A DNA stretch of 64,000 bases from an uncultured candidatus Brocadiaceae bacterium (GCA_964510315.1 CAZEAP010000004.1:67092-131091), one strand, 5' to 3'. Counted from the stretch's first letter, positions 9,251 through 19,024 are shown. The notes: a model not told the origin generated them from the sequence alone. Program-made: numbers and translations.

Positions 9251-10360
9251 ATGCTGCGCATCCTTGCGCTGGAACCGTATTACGGAGGATCGCACCGCGC
9301 CTTCCTGGACGGCTGGCGCGAGCACAGCCGCCACCGGGTGGAGCTTCTGACCATGCCCGCCCGGAAGTGGAAGTGGCGGATGCGCGGCGCCGCCCTCACC
9401 ATGAGCGAGACGTTGAGGGACCGCGGCCTGGATTGCGACCTGATGCTGGTCAGCGATTTCCTGGACCTGGCCGCCCTCAGGAGCCTGCTGCCGGCCGAAT
9501 GGTCTGCGGTGCCCGCCGTCGCGTACTTCCACGAGAACCAGATAACCTACCCCCTGCCGCCGGAAGACGAGCGGGATTACCAGTTCGGCTTCACCAACCT
9601 GACCACCTGCCTGGCCGCCGAGAAGGTGCTGTTCAACTCCGGATACCACCGGCGGGCCTTCCTGGAGGGGGCCGCGCGGCTGCTGGAGAAGATGCCGGAC
9701 TTCGTGCCCGAGTGGGCGCCGGAGCGGATTCGAGAGCGTTCGGAGGTCGTGCCCGTCGGCGTGGACCTGGCCTCCATCGACGCCCGTCGCCCACAGGCCG
9801 AACCCCGCACGGGACCGCTTACCGTGCTGTGGAACCATCGGTGGGAGTACGACAAGGGGGGCGAGGAGTTTTTTGACGTGATCCTGGAACTCCACCGTGA
9901 GGGCCTGCCTTTTGAGCTGACGGTGCTGGGCCGGAGCTTCCGGTCGGCACCGCCGGTCTTCGAACGGGCCCTGGCCCAACTGGAGGAACGGCTGAGAGTC
10001 GGCGGTTACCTGGAGTCCAGGGCCGATTACTGCCGGGCGCTGCTGGAGAGCGACGTCGTCGTCTCCACCGCCCTGGAGGAGTTCTTCGGCATATCGGTGG
10101 TGGAGGCGGTCTACGCCGGCTGTCTGCCTCTGCTGCCGGAGCGGCTCAGTTACCCGGAGATACTGCCGAGCGAATACCATCGGAGCTGCCTCTACGACGG
10201 CCGCGCCGATTTGAAAGAGCGCCTCAGCTACTGGATCAACCATCCAGAGGAAGCCCGGCGCATGGACCTCCGCTCCCACGTGCGGCGTTTCGGATGGGAC
10301 AGGGTGGCCCCCCGGCTCGACGCCGTGGCGATGGATGTTCGGGAAGGGGGCCTTCGATGA
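9251..10360 (+). CDS. GT-B glycosyltransferase, DUF3524/GTDC1-like (GT4-related)
   Basis: LEPYYGGSH, RKWKWRMRG, YFHENQ, WNHRWEYDK, EFFGISVVEA. Confidence 0.85.
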   Translation: MLRILALEPYYGGSHRAFLDGWREHSRHRVELLTMPARKWKWRMRGAALTMSETLRDRGLDCDLMLVSDFLDLAALRSLLPAEWSAVPAVAYFHENQITYPLPPEDERDYQFGFTNLTTCLAAEKVLFNSGYHRRAFLEGAARLLEKMPDFVPEWAPERIRERSEVVPVGVDLASIDARRPQAEPRTGPLTVLWNHRWEYDKGGEEFFDVILELHREGLPFELTVLGRSFRSAPPVFERALAQLEERLRVGGYLESRADYCRALLESDVVVSTALEEFFGISVVEAVYAGCLPLLPERLSYPEILPSEYHRSCLYDGRADLKERLSYWINHPEEARRMDLRSHVRRFGWDRVAPRLDAVAMDVREGGLR

Positions 10361-12504
10361 TCGAGCTGGCCAGCCCCGGCTTCTTGTGGGCGCTCCCCGC
10401 GGTGCTGCTGCCCATACTGATTCATCTGCTGTTCCGGCGGCGCCACCGGCCCGTCCAGTGGGCGGCCATGCAGCACTTGCTCCGCGCCGAACGGGCGGTC
10501 CGGCGCAGCATCCGGTGGCGCCACATCCTGCTGCTTCTGCTGCGGGCGGGCGCGGTTCTTCTGGCGGTGCTGCTGTTCTGCCGCCCCGGCCTCGCACGGC
10601 CCCTGCCCGGGGAGCCGGAGGGCGGGGAAGTGTTCGTTTTGCTGGACGATTCGGCCAGCATGGGCCAGCGGCTGAAGGGGGGCAGCCCGTTCCAGACGGC
10701 CGGCCGGTTCCTGGAGGAACTGGCCGGGCGCGTGTCCCGACGGGCCGGGCGGCTTACCCTCTTCGTCGCCGGACGTCCGGAGGCCGTCCTCGGCGACGAT
10801 CCTCCTCCGGGGCCTTCCGAGCTTCGGGAGCGGGTGGAGGAGCTGGGCACCTCGGCCGCGGGGCTGCGCCCCGGGGAATCGCTCCCCCGGCTTGGCCGGG
10901 CGGCCGGCGAGCAGGGCGCCGCCGAACCGGAGTTCTACGTGGTGACGGACCTGCGGTCGGAGGATTGGGGCTCCGAGCGGCTGAACCCCCGGGCCGCCGC
11001 CGCGCTTCGTGACCTCCAGAGCTATGGCCCCGTCCGGGTGGTGGACGTGGGGGCGGAGCCCGGACCGAACTTTGCCGTCGAGGAGGTGCTCACGGCCGGG
11101 CGGTTCCTCTACGCCGGCGCGCCGCTGACTTTGAACGCCCGTTTGGTGAACCGGTCGGCAGGCCGGCTCCCACCGGGGCGGCTGGACGTGCGGCTCGCCG
11201 GCCGGCGCCTTTCCCCGGTGAGGCACCCCGGCGTTCCCCCGGGCGAGCGACGCGAGGCGCTGCTGGAGGTCTCCGTGCCCGACGCCGGAACCCACGCCCT
11301 GGAAGTCTCACTGCGCGGGGAGGACTCGCTCGCAGCGGACGACCGCCGCCTGTTCTCCTTCGAAGCCGAGCAGGAAGTGCCCGTGCTCATCCTGGAGGGC
11401 CGACCGGGCGCCGGTGCCTACCTGCGGGCGGCACTCCGGCCGGGCGGCGACGGACCGGGACTCCGCCCGGAGGTCCGCACCACGGCGCAGGGCGTGCCGG
11501 ATTCGCTGGAGGACTACGCGGCGGTATTCCTCTGCGACGTTCCCAGCCCGACTCTTTGGGCCGACCGGCTGGACGCCTATGTCCGTAACGGCGGCCGGCT
11601 GGTGGCGTTCCTGGGCCGGGGGGTGCGCCAGCGGGCATGGGAGGCAACGCTCCTGAACGAGGAGGACGGCCTGTTGCCGGCCCGGATCACCGGGCGGGTT
11701 CGGCGCCCGCCTGAGCGCCCCGCGCGCCTGGGGCGGCTGGATTTCTCTCACCCCCTGCTGGCCCCGTTCTCCGGCTGGGAGGCGCTCTTCAAGGCGGCCG
11801 AATTCCGGGAGTTCTGGCGGATCGAACCCCTGCGCGACGCCCGTGTGCTGGGTAGCTGCGAAGCCGACCCCCCTGCCCCCGCGATGCTGGCGAGAGTGAC
11901 GGGAGAGGGAAGGATGGTGCTGTTCGCCGCCCCCGCGGACGATCTGTGGAACGACTGGCCACGCTCCGAGACGGCGCGGGTCAGCTACCTGGCACTCATG
12001 CTGTGGCTGGTGGAGCAGGGCGAGGCGGGGGCCGATGCGCTCAACCTGCAGGGCGGGGAGGGGCTTCGTCATACGGTGGAGGCCGGCTACCGTTCGGAGG
12101 CGCGCCTCCGGCTGCCGGGCGGCGAAGAGGAAGCAACTCTCAGGGGGCGGCCCCTGGAGGACGGGCGCCTGGTCTTTGAGACGGGACCGATACGCAGGGC
12201 CGGCGTCGGCAGGCTGACCCTGCTTACCTCGGAAGAACAAACTCGCGTGGTTTTTTTCGTCGTGAATCTGCCTCGCGGGGAGGGCCGACTCGCCCGCACG
12301 GACGCCGAGCTGCTGGAGCGGGCGGACGTGGAGGGTCGCCTCCGGGTGGTCCCCTACGGGGACGACCGCGCGGCGCGGGCCCCCGCACCGGGGCGGAGGG
12401 ACCTCTGGCCGGCGATCGCCGCGTTCCTCGCCGGGGTGTTGTTCGTGGAGAGTCTCCTGGCCTCCCGGTTCGGCCGGCCGACCGAAGAAGGAGGCGCAGC
12501 TTGA
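10357..12504 (+). CDS. BatA-like N-terminal anchor plus vWA domain membrane protein
   Basis: LPILIHLL.RRR...V.W.AM..L start, MIDAS-like DDSASM, C-terminal TM; ATGA overlap. Confidence 0.85.
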   Translation: MIELASPGFLWALPAVLLPILIHLLFRRRHRPVQWAAMQHLLRAERAVRRSIRWRHILLLLLRAGAVLLAVLLFCRPGLARPLPGEPEGGEVFVLLDDSASMGQRLKGGSPFQTAGRFLEELAGRVSRRAGRLTLFVAGRPEAVLGDDPPPGPSELRERVEELGTSAAGLRPGESLPRLGRAAGEQGAAEPEFYVVTDLRSEDWGSERLNPRAAAALRDLQSYGPVRVVDVGAEPGPNFAVEEVLTAGRFLYAGAPLTLNARLVNRSAGRLPPGRLDVRLAGRRLSPVRHPGVPPGERREALLEVSVPDAGTHALEVSLRGEDSLAADDRRLFSFEAEQEVPVLILEGRPGAGAYLRAALRPGGDGPGLRPEVRTTAQGVPDSLEDYAAVFLCDVPSPTLWADRLDAYVRNGGRLVAFLGRGVRQRAWEATLLNEEDGLLPARITGRVRRPPERPARLGRLDFSHPLLAPFSGWEALFKAAEFREFWRIEPLRDARVLGSCEADPPAPAMLARVTGEGRMVLFAAPADDLWNDWPRSETARVSYLALMLWLVEQGEAGADALNLQGGEGLRHTVEAGYRSEARLRLPGGEEEATLRGRPLEDGRLVFETGPIRRAGVGRLTLLTSEEQTRVVFFVVNLPRGEGRLARTDAELLERADVEGRLRVVPYGDDRAARAPAPGRRDLWPAIAAFLAGVLFVESLLASRFGRPTEEGGAA

Positions 12505-14837
12505 ACGCGTGGACGACCGCCCTCCGAAGCCTCAGCGGGATCACGGGAGCCACCGAGCGAGTGCGCCTTCGCTTCACCTGGGAGGGCATGCCGGAGGGAC
12601 TCCCCGCCCTCGGCGCCATCCTGTTGGCAATCGGCGTGCTTGCGGCGCTTTACCACTTCTACCGGCGGGAGCGGGGAGGGGCCTTGCGGTGGGTCCCCTT
12701 CGCGCTGCGCGTTCTGGCCTTCGTTCTGCTGGGAGCCCTCTTGCTGCGTCCGTCGATATCCAGGGACCTGGAACGAACGCTTCCCGGCCGGGTGGTGGTC
12801 CTTGCGGACCGGTCGGCCAGCATGTCGGTGCGGCGGGAGCCCATGGGCGGGAACACGGCCCGGGCCTGGGCCGCGGCACTGTCCCTCCCGCCCGAGGAGG
12901 TCCCCGAGGAGCTGAGCCGCCACGAGATCGTGCGCAGAATCCTTGCGCCCGGGGGCGGGGGTCTGCTGGAACGGCTGAGCGAGCGCCACGAGGTGGGCCT
13001 GTTTACCTTTGCCGAGGACGCCCGCCGCGCGCTCCGGGTGGGCCGCGGGTCGCCCGGACCCGAGCCGCCCCGGTGGGCGGCCACCGGGCGAGCAACGGAC
13101 CTGGCCGGTGCGCTTCGGCGGGCCCTGGAGGCTGAAGGGCGTCTGGCGGCCGCGGTGGCTCTCACCGACGGCCGCGACACAACGGGAGGCGATCCGACGG
13201 CGGTCGCCCGGGAGGCCGCAAAGCGCGGCGTGCGGCTGCATTTCGTCGGCGTCGGCAGCCCGGAGGTCCGCCCCAACCTGGCCGTGCGGGCCCTGGCCGG
13301 CGGCGACTACGCCGTCAAGGGCCAACCCCTCCGGCTGCGGGCGCTGGTCAGCTCCCGCGGCTACCCCGAGCGCGAAGTCGTGCTGACCCTGAGCGCGACC
13401 GACCCCGACACGAGCCGCACGCGGGAGGTGGCCCGCCGGAAACTGAGGCTGGGCGAGGGTGAGTCACGGCAGGTGGACCTGGAGCCGGTTCCCCGCCGTG
13501 CGGGGCGCACCATCTACTCCGCGCGCGTCGCTCCGCTGCCCGGGGAGTGGCGGGAGGAGGACAACGAGGCTGTCCGCGAAGTGACTGTAAAGGAACAGAA
13601 GATTCGCGTGCTGGTGGTCGCCGGTGCGCCCTCGCGCGACTACCGTTTCCTCAAGGCCCTTTTCCGGAGACATCCCGACTTCGAACGCCGGCTGGAACTG
13701 GGCCCGGAGGGCACGGCGGACCGCCGGGACGGCACGGGGGACTGGGACGTGGTCCTGCTGCTGGACCCGGCGCCCGGGCAACTGACGCCGGAGCGAACCC
13801 GGGAGCTGGCCGCTCTGGTGGATCAAGAGGGCGGGGGGCTCGCCTTCGTGGCGGGTCCTTCCTACAGCCCTGAACGTCTCCTGGACCCAGGCATGGAGCC
13901 GCTGCTGGAGATGTTGCCCGTCGTGCCGGACCGCGACGGCCTCCGACGCCTGGTCGGGTGGACGGGCTTTGCCACCGAAGAGCACCCTATCGAGGCGACG
14001 GCGGAGCATCCGATTCTGGACGTCCTGCCGGGGGAAGATATCCGTGCTCTCTGGGAGCGGATGCCGCCACTCTACTGGGCGCTGCCCACGGCGGGGAAGA
14101 AGCGTGGGGCGACCGTGCTGCTCAGGGTGGCCGACGGGGAAGGCGGCACCATGCCGCTGGCCGCGGTGCAACCCTACGGGGCGGGACGGGTCTTTTTCTG
14201 CGGCTCCCCCGGCACCTGGCGCTGGCGCCGAGCGGGCATCCCCCTCTACGAGCGGTTCTGGCTGGGGGCCGTGCGCTACTGCGCCGGCGGCAGGGCCGCC
14301 CGGCAGAAAGGGGTTTCCCTGCTGCTGGAGCAGTCGGAGTTCGCCCCCGGGGAGGCGGTCAGGATTCGGCTCCGCATTCAGGAGGGTGCGCCCCTTCCTC
14401 CCGGTGGGGAGGCCGCCCGCGTCAAGATCACCGGACCCGAGGCGACCGAGGCCACGCTCAGGCTCCGGCCGGCGGAGGTGCCCGGCGTTTACGAAGGGGT
14501 GTTCTACCCCGAGCGCTTCGGCCGGTTTTCACTCGTCTGGGAAGAACCGGAGGGGGCGGGGGCGACGGAGCGCTTCACGGTGCGGCGGCCGGAGGCGGAG
14601 TTCGAGGAGGTCCGACCGGCGGTCGACCTGATGAAGCGACTGGCCGAACTGAGCGGGGGACGCTACTTCGCTCCCGGGGAACTGGACGAACTTCCGGCGG
14701 CGATACCCGACCGCACCCGCCGGACGGTCCAGCCCGGTCCCCCCCGGCCGGCGTGGGACAAGGTCGGCGTGCTGGCGGCGCTGCTGGGCTGCCTGGCCGC
14801 CGAGTGGCTGCTGCGCAAGCGACTGGGCATGCTCTGA
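12501..14837 (+). CDS. vWA domain membrane protein with glutamine amidotransferase-like domain
   Basis: N-terminal TMs, DRSASM, LTDGRD, TWRWR, MKRLAELSGGRYF, C-terminal TM LAAEWLLRKR. Confidence 0.82.
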   Translation: MNAWTTALRSLSGITGATERVRLRFTWEGMPEGLPALGAILLAIGVLAALYHFYRRERGGALRWVPFALRVLAFVLLGALLLRPSISRDLERTLPGRVVVLADRSASMSVRREPMGGNTARAWAAALSLPPEEVPEELSRHEIVRRILAPGGGGLLERLSERHEVGLFTFAEDARRALRVGRGSPGPEPPRWAATGRATDLAGALRRALEAEGRLAAAVALTDGRDTTGGDPTAVAREAAKRGVRLHFVGVGSPEVRPNLAVRALAGGDYAVKGQPLRLRALVSSRGYPEREVVLTLSATDPDTSRTREVARRKLRLGEGESRQVDLEPVPRRAGRTIYSARVAPLPGEWREEDNEAVREVTVKEQKIRVLVVAGAPSRDYRFLKALFRRHPDFERRLELGPEGTADRRDGTGDWDVVLLLDPAPGQLTPERTRELAALVDQEGGGLAFVAGPSYSPERLLDPGMEPLLEMLPVVPDRDGLRRLVGWTGFATEEHPIEATAEHPILDVLPGEDIRALWERMPPLYWALPTAGKKRGATVLLRVADGEGGTMPLAAVQPYGAGRVFFCGSPGTWRWRRAGIPLYERFWLGAVRYCAGGRAARQKGVSLLLEQSEFAPGEAVRIRLRIQEGAPLPPGGEAARVKITGPEATEATLRLRPAEVPGVYEGVFYPERFGRFSLVWEEPEGAGATERFTVRRPEAEFEEVRPAVDLMKRLAELSGGRYFAPGELDELPAAIPDRTRRTVQPGPPRPAWDKVGVLAALLGCLAAEWLLRKRLGML

Positions 14838-14851
14838 AGAAAGCCCTCTTC

Positions 14852-15607
14852 TCACGCTTCGCGGGGGTCTTCGGGGTAGGTGACCTCGAGGAGGGTGAGT
14901 CCTTTGGCCGGTGCGGTGGGTCCGGCGGCCGGGCGGCTGCGCGCTTCCAGAACGCCGGCGAACTCCTCGACGGAAAGCTTCCCCAGCCCCGCCCGCCGGA
15001 GCGTCCCGACGATGATGCGGACCATGTTGTAGAGGAATCCCTCGCCTTCGACCAGGTAGTGCACTTCGTCGCCGTCCTCGCGGATCTCGCTGCGGAGGAC
15101 GCGGCGCACCGCACCCGAAGCCTCCGAGTGTTCGCTGGCGAAGCTGGTGAAGTCGTGCTCTCCCTCCAGCAGGGCCGCACATTCGGCCATACGGCCGAGG
15201 TCCAGCGGACGCCATTCCCTCAGCACGTAGCGGTCGCGAAGGGGCCGGGGTGTGGAGGAGCGGAGGATGCGATAGCGATAGAGCTTCGAGCGCGCCGAGC
15301 GCTGGGCGTCGAAATCACCGGGCGCTTCGCAGCAGTGCAGCACGGCAACGTCGTCGGGGAGCCAGAAGTTCAGCGCAGGCGCGAAGCGCTCGGTCGCCAG
15401 TTCCGAGGAGGTGCCGAAGTGGGCCGTCTGCCCCTCGGCGTGCACGCCGGAGTCGGTTCGTCCGGCTCCGGTGACGCGGATGTTCTCCTGCGTGGTCTTG
15501 AGCAGGGCATCCTCCAGCACTCCCTGCACGGTGCGGCCCTCGGCCTGGAGCTGCCAGCCCAGGAAGTCCGTGCCGTCGTATTCGATGGTGATCATGAGCC
15601 TGCGCAC
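14852..15607 (-). CDS. truA: tRNA pseudouridine(38-40) synthase
   Basis: IEYDGTDFLGWQ, GAGRTDSGVHA, FLYNMVRIIVG, TAPAKGL; GTG start at 15607 inferred. Confidence 0.96.
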   Translation of the reverse strand: MRRLMITIEYDGTDFLGWQLQAEGRTVQGVLEDALLKTTQENIRVTGAGRTDSGVHAEGQTAHFGTSSELATERFAPALNFWLPDDVAVLHCCEAPGDFDAQRSARSKLYRYRILRSSTPRPLRDRYVLREWRPLDLGRMAECAALLEGEHDFTSFASEHSEASGAVRRVLRSEIREDGDEVHYLVEGEGFLYNMVRIIVGTLRRAGLGKLSVEEFAGVLEARSRPAAGPTAPAKGLTLLEVTYPEDPREA

Positions 15608-15716
15608 GGCGTTGGCACCTGTGGCGTATGGAGACGCAAGGCGTGGGTGTTGGGGGCCGCGGGTGAATCTATCGGAGGCGGCCGGCGGCGTCAAGACGGC
15701 ACGCCCGGAGTTTTGT

Positions 15717-15745
15717 TTGCAGGGGATGGGGGGCGATTCTATAAT
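15717..15745 (+). promoter_or_regulatory. Sigma70 promoter for proS-like/DUF4416/ndk operon
   Basis: TTGCAG (15717-15722), 17-nt spacer, TATAAT (15740-15745). Confidence 0.65.
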
Positions 15746-15812
15746 GCGCCCTCCCGGCGGTCGCGGAGCCGGCCACGGGGGTTTCCGGCTTCCCTCAGCC
15801 CCGAAAGACCGT

Positions 15813-16808
15813 ATGCGCTGGTCCGAGACCTTCATTCCCACGCTCCGCCATGCACCGGCCGACGCCGTCGCCGTCAGCCACAAGCTCATGGTGCGTGCCG
15901 GTTTGGTCCGGCAGATGGCCGGCGGCTCTTACGCCTACCTGCCGATGGGGCTGCGCGCGCTGAGGAAGGTCAGCGGCATCGTGCGGGAGGAGATGAACCG
16001 CCTGGGCGCGCTGGAAGTGCGGATGCCGGCCCTGTGGCCGGAGGAGATGATGCGCAAGACGGGCCGCCTGGAGAGCTTTGCCGATGACCTCCTCCGGCTT
16101 GAGGACCGACGGGGGCGGCCACACCTGCTGGCGCCCACCCACGAGGAGGCGGCCGTCGCGCTGCTCCGGGACGACGTTCAGAGCTACAAGAGCCTGCCCC
16201 TCACGGTGTATCAGATTCAGACGAAGTTCCGGGACGAGCCGCGGCCGCGCTTCGGCCTGGTGCGCACCCGCGAGTTCCTCATGAAGGACGCCTACAGCTT
16301 CTGCGCCGATGGGGACGGGCTGGACGCCGGGTTCATGGGTTCCGACGGCCGGGGCCGGCCCTTTCTTATGGGCTGTTACGGGCTGGGAATGGATCGCATC
16401 CTGGCGGCCGTCGTCGAGACCGCGGCCGACGAGCAGGGCATCGTCTGGCCGCCCGCGGTGGCGCCCTGCGAGGTGATTGTCATAGCGCTGGGACCCGCGG
16501 AACAGGCCGTGCGGCGCGCCGCCGAGGAAGCATGTCGCACCATGGAAGAGGCCGCCCTGGACGTGCTGCTGGACGATCGGGACGCAAGTCCGGGGGTGAA
16601 GTTCAACGACGCCGACCTGCTCGGCTTCCCGCTTCGGGTCGTGGTCGGCCGGCGGTTCATGCAGCAGGGAACGCTCGAACTGCAGGTGCGCCGGGACGGA
16701 ACCCGGGAGGACGTGGCGCCGGAGCGACTGTCGGCGGCGGTGCGCGCCCGGCTGGAAAGCCTGTCGGCGACGCGCTCCGACGTGAGGACGAGAGCAGGGA
16801 CAAACTGA
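15813..16808 (+). CDS. proS: Prolyl-tRNA synthetase-like protein with large in-frame internal deletion
   Basis: Motif 1, PTHEE, motif 2 (FRDEPRPRFGLVRTREFLMKD), motif 3 (MGCYGLGMDR) and anticodon domain present; only 331 aa, no editing domain, no SHEF or GIEVGHIF segments. Confidence 0.85.
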   Translation: MRWSETFIPTLRHAPADAVAVSHKLMVRAGLVRQMAGGSYAYLPMGLRALRKVSGIVREEMNRLGALEVRMPALWPEEMMRKTGRLESFADDLLRLEDRRGRPHLLAPTHEEAAVALLRDDVQSYKSLPLTVYQIQTKFRDEPRPRFGLVRTREFLMKDAYSFCADGDGLDAGFMGSDGRGRPFLMGCYGLGMDRILAAVVETAADEQGIVWPPAVAPCEVIVIALGPAEQAVRRAAEEACRTMEEAALDVLLDDRDASPGVKFNDADLLGFPLRVVVGRRFMQQGTLELQVRRDGTREDVAPERLSAAVRARLESLSATRSDVRTRAGTN

Positions 16809-16829
16809 AACTGACGGGGAGCAAGGGCG

Positions 16830-17375
16830 ATGGGTGAAACGCAAAGGCCGAGGCCGGTCAACCTTGTCTGCGCCGTGCTGGCGGGCAAAAAGCAGTGGCT
16901 GCGGAAGGCGAGGGACCGGCTGGAGAGAAGCTTCGGCCCGGTGGACCTGGAGAGCCCGACCTGGCCCTTCGAGCACACCGATTACTACACCGACGAGATG
17001 GGCGAAGAGCTGCTGCGCCGGATATTCAGCTTCAAGGAACTCATCGCGCCGGACAACCTGGTGGCCGCAAAGCACACCACCAACCGGCTGGAGAAGGAGA
17101 TCGCCGAAGAGGTGGCCGGGGGGCCTCCGCGGCCGGTGAACCTGGACGCCGGCTACGTCAGCCTCTCCAAGCTGGTGCTGGCCACCACGAAGGACTACAC
17201 TCACCGTGTCTACCTGGGCGGCGGCATATACGCCGAGTGCACCCTCCGCTGGCGAGGCGGGGCCTTCCAGCCCTGGGAATGGACTTACCCGGATTACCGC
17301 ACCGAGGAGTATCGGGAGTTTTTCGCCAGGGTGCGGGACTGCTGCCGGGAGAAACTGGGCGAACGAAGGAGGTAA
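16830..17375 (+). CDS. DUF4416 family protein
   Basis: TDYY..EMG, R.VNLDAGY, LVLATTK...HRVYL..GIYAE, WTYPDY. Confidence 0.85.
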   Translation: MGETQRPRPVNLVCAVLAGKKQWLRKARDRLERSFGPVDLESPTWPFEHTDYYTDEMGEELLRRIFSFKELIAPDNLVAAKHTTNRLEKEIAEEVAGGPPRPVNLDAGYVSLSKLVLATTKDYTHRVYLGGGIYAECTLRWRGGAFQPWEWTYPDYRTEEYREFFARVRDCCREKLGERRR

Positions 17376-17384
17376 CAGGCAAGA

Positions 17385-17855
17385 ATGGAGCGGACGCTGG
17401 TGTTTTTGAAACCGGATGCCGTCAGGCGCCGCCTGGTGGGCGAGATCATCGCCCGCTTCGAGCGGAAGGGATTCAGTATGCTCGGGCTGAAAATGGTGCA
17501 GCTCAGCGAACGGTTCGTCCGCAACCACTACGGGCAGCACGAGGGGGAGCACTTCTATGAGCCCCTGGTGCGTTACGTCACCAGCGGGCCCGTGGTGGCG
17601 CTCGTTCTGGAGGGAAAGAACGCGGTCACGGTGGTGCGCAGAATGCTGGGCGAAACCTTCGGTTCGGGTTCGGCACCGGGAACCATCCGCGGGGACATGG
17701 CCCTGAGCGACCGCTTCAACCTGGTGCATGCCAGCGACAGCTCCGAGGCGGCCCGCCGGGAGATAGAGCTTTTCTTCGAAGAGGCCGAGCTGTTCAGCTA
17801 CCCTGAGGAAGCCACCCGATGGATATACGATCAGAGCGGCCCCGAGCCGATTTGA
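17385..17855 (+). CDS. ndk: Nucleoside diphosphate kinase
   Basis: ERTLVFLKPDAV, GTIRGD, N.VHASDS catalytic His. Confidence 0.97.
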   Translation: MERTLVFLKPDAVRRRLVGEIIARFERKGFSMLGLKMVQLSERFVRNHYGQHEGEHFYEPLVRYVTSGPVVALVLEGKNAVTVVRRMLGETFGSGSAPGTIRGDMALSDRFNLVHASDSSEAARREIELFFEEAELFSYPEEATRWIYDQSGPEPI

Positions 17856-17877
17856 GCAAAAAGGCAGGAGGAAAACG

Positions 17878-18726
17878 ATGAACGGGAGCAAGAGAAACTG
17901 GAGAGACGCCGGTCTGCCGACCTTGATCGGGATGCTGTTGGTGTGCTTCGGGTTGGTCGCTGCCGCCGGCTGCGCCGAGAAGCCCACCATTGCCCCCGGC
18001 CCCCGCGCACTTACCGAGCCGCCGGACCTGGAGGCGGTGAAGCAGCAGCTCATGCTGGAGAACACCAGGTGGAAGACCCTCAGCGCCAGGTGCATGGTGA
18101 ACATTCGGAGCGACTACATCCGCGCGCCGCGCTCCCAGGCGGCGCTCGGCACGGGCCGGTTGGAGATAGGCAAGCCGGGCAAGATCCGCCTCAGGGTGCC
18201 TGAAAAAGGTCCGGCACAGCTAAAGCTGGTGGGCGACGGGCAGGACTACAGCGTGGAGATGCCGATCTTCGGCCTGCGCTATAGCGGAAGCTACGGGGGA
18301 GCCCTGCCGCGGCAGGGCAACCGGGTGCTGCTGATGCCCGACGACCTGGTGAAGGCGTTCGACTGGAGCAAGCTGTTCACCGATAAAGTCCAGGTGCCCC
18401 GTCAGCAGGGCTTCAGCTACGTCATTGATTCCCTGAAGCCGGTTACCGAACCGGAGCCGGCGCTGCGGCTGGTCAACAGCCTGACCCTTAGCTGGGACAG
18501 CCAGACGCCCGTGGTGTTGACACGCTACGAGCCGGATGGCTCGCTGCGGTCGGAGATGCGCTACTTCCGGTGGGACACCATCCAGACCGGGGAGAACAAG
18601 AGCACAAGGATCCCCTCCCGCCTCTGGGTCGGCTACATGCCGGGGCGGACCGCGACGCTGATAGGACTCCGCGACATCGTGCTGAACGAGCGGTTGGAGG
18701 GCGCGCCGTTCGGGCCCGCTCGTTGA
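17878..18726 (+). CDS. Probable lipoprotein, possibly LolA-like beta fold
   Basis: Signal peptide ending AAGC (lipobox), beta-rich body; fold assignment is inference. Confidence 0.7.
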   Translation: MNGSKRNWRDAGLPTLIGMLLVCFGLVAAAGCAEKPTIAPGPRALTEPPDLEAVKQQLMLENTRWKTLSARCMVNIRSDYIRAPRSQAALGTGRLEIGKPGKIRLRVPEKGPAQLKLVGDGQDYSVEMPIFGLRYSGSYGGALPRQGNRVLLMPDDLVKAFDWSKLFTDKVQVPRQQGFSYVIDSLKPVTEPEPALRLVNSLTLSWDSQTPVVLTRYEPDGSLRSEMRYFRWDTIQTGENKSTRIPSRLWVGYMPGRTATLIGLRDIVLNERLEGAPFGPAR

Positions 18727-18733
18727 GGGGCCG

Positions 18734-19024
18734 CTACATCTGGGGCAGCCCCGGGAGGGTGATCCAGCCCAGCCCGTGGGCCAGCAGGATCACTATGACG
18801 GCCAGCACGATCACCATCAGCAGTTTCCGGAAGAGCCCGCTCCCGCCGGCTGTGCCCGCCTTCGGGGCGGTCTTCTTGTAGTCCCGGTATTCGGCGGCGC
18901 ACTCCCTGCTGCAAAAGGCGCCGTGCTCGGTCTTGAAGGCGCATTCGTCGCACACAGGCTTGTGGCACTGGATGCAGCGGAACTGCGCGGGCCTGTCATG
19001 GCAGACTACACACTTTGTCTCCAT
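18734..19024 (-). CDS. Small B-box-like zinc finger protein with C-terminal TM helix
   Basis: CVVCHDRPA..RC..C.KPVC.EC......FC...C; GGAGG RBS before ATG 19024. Confidence 0.75.
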   Translation of the reverse strand: METKCVVCHDRPAQFRCIQCHKPVCDECAFKTEHGAFCSRECAAEYRDYKKTAPKAGTAGGSGLFRKLLMVIVLAVIVILLAHGLGWITLPGLPQM

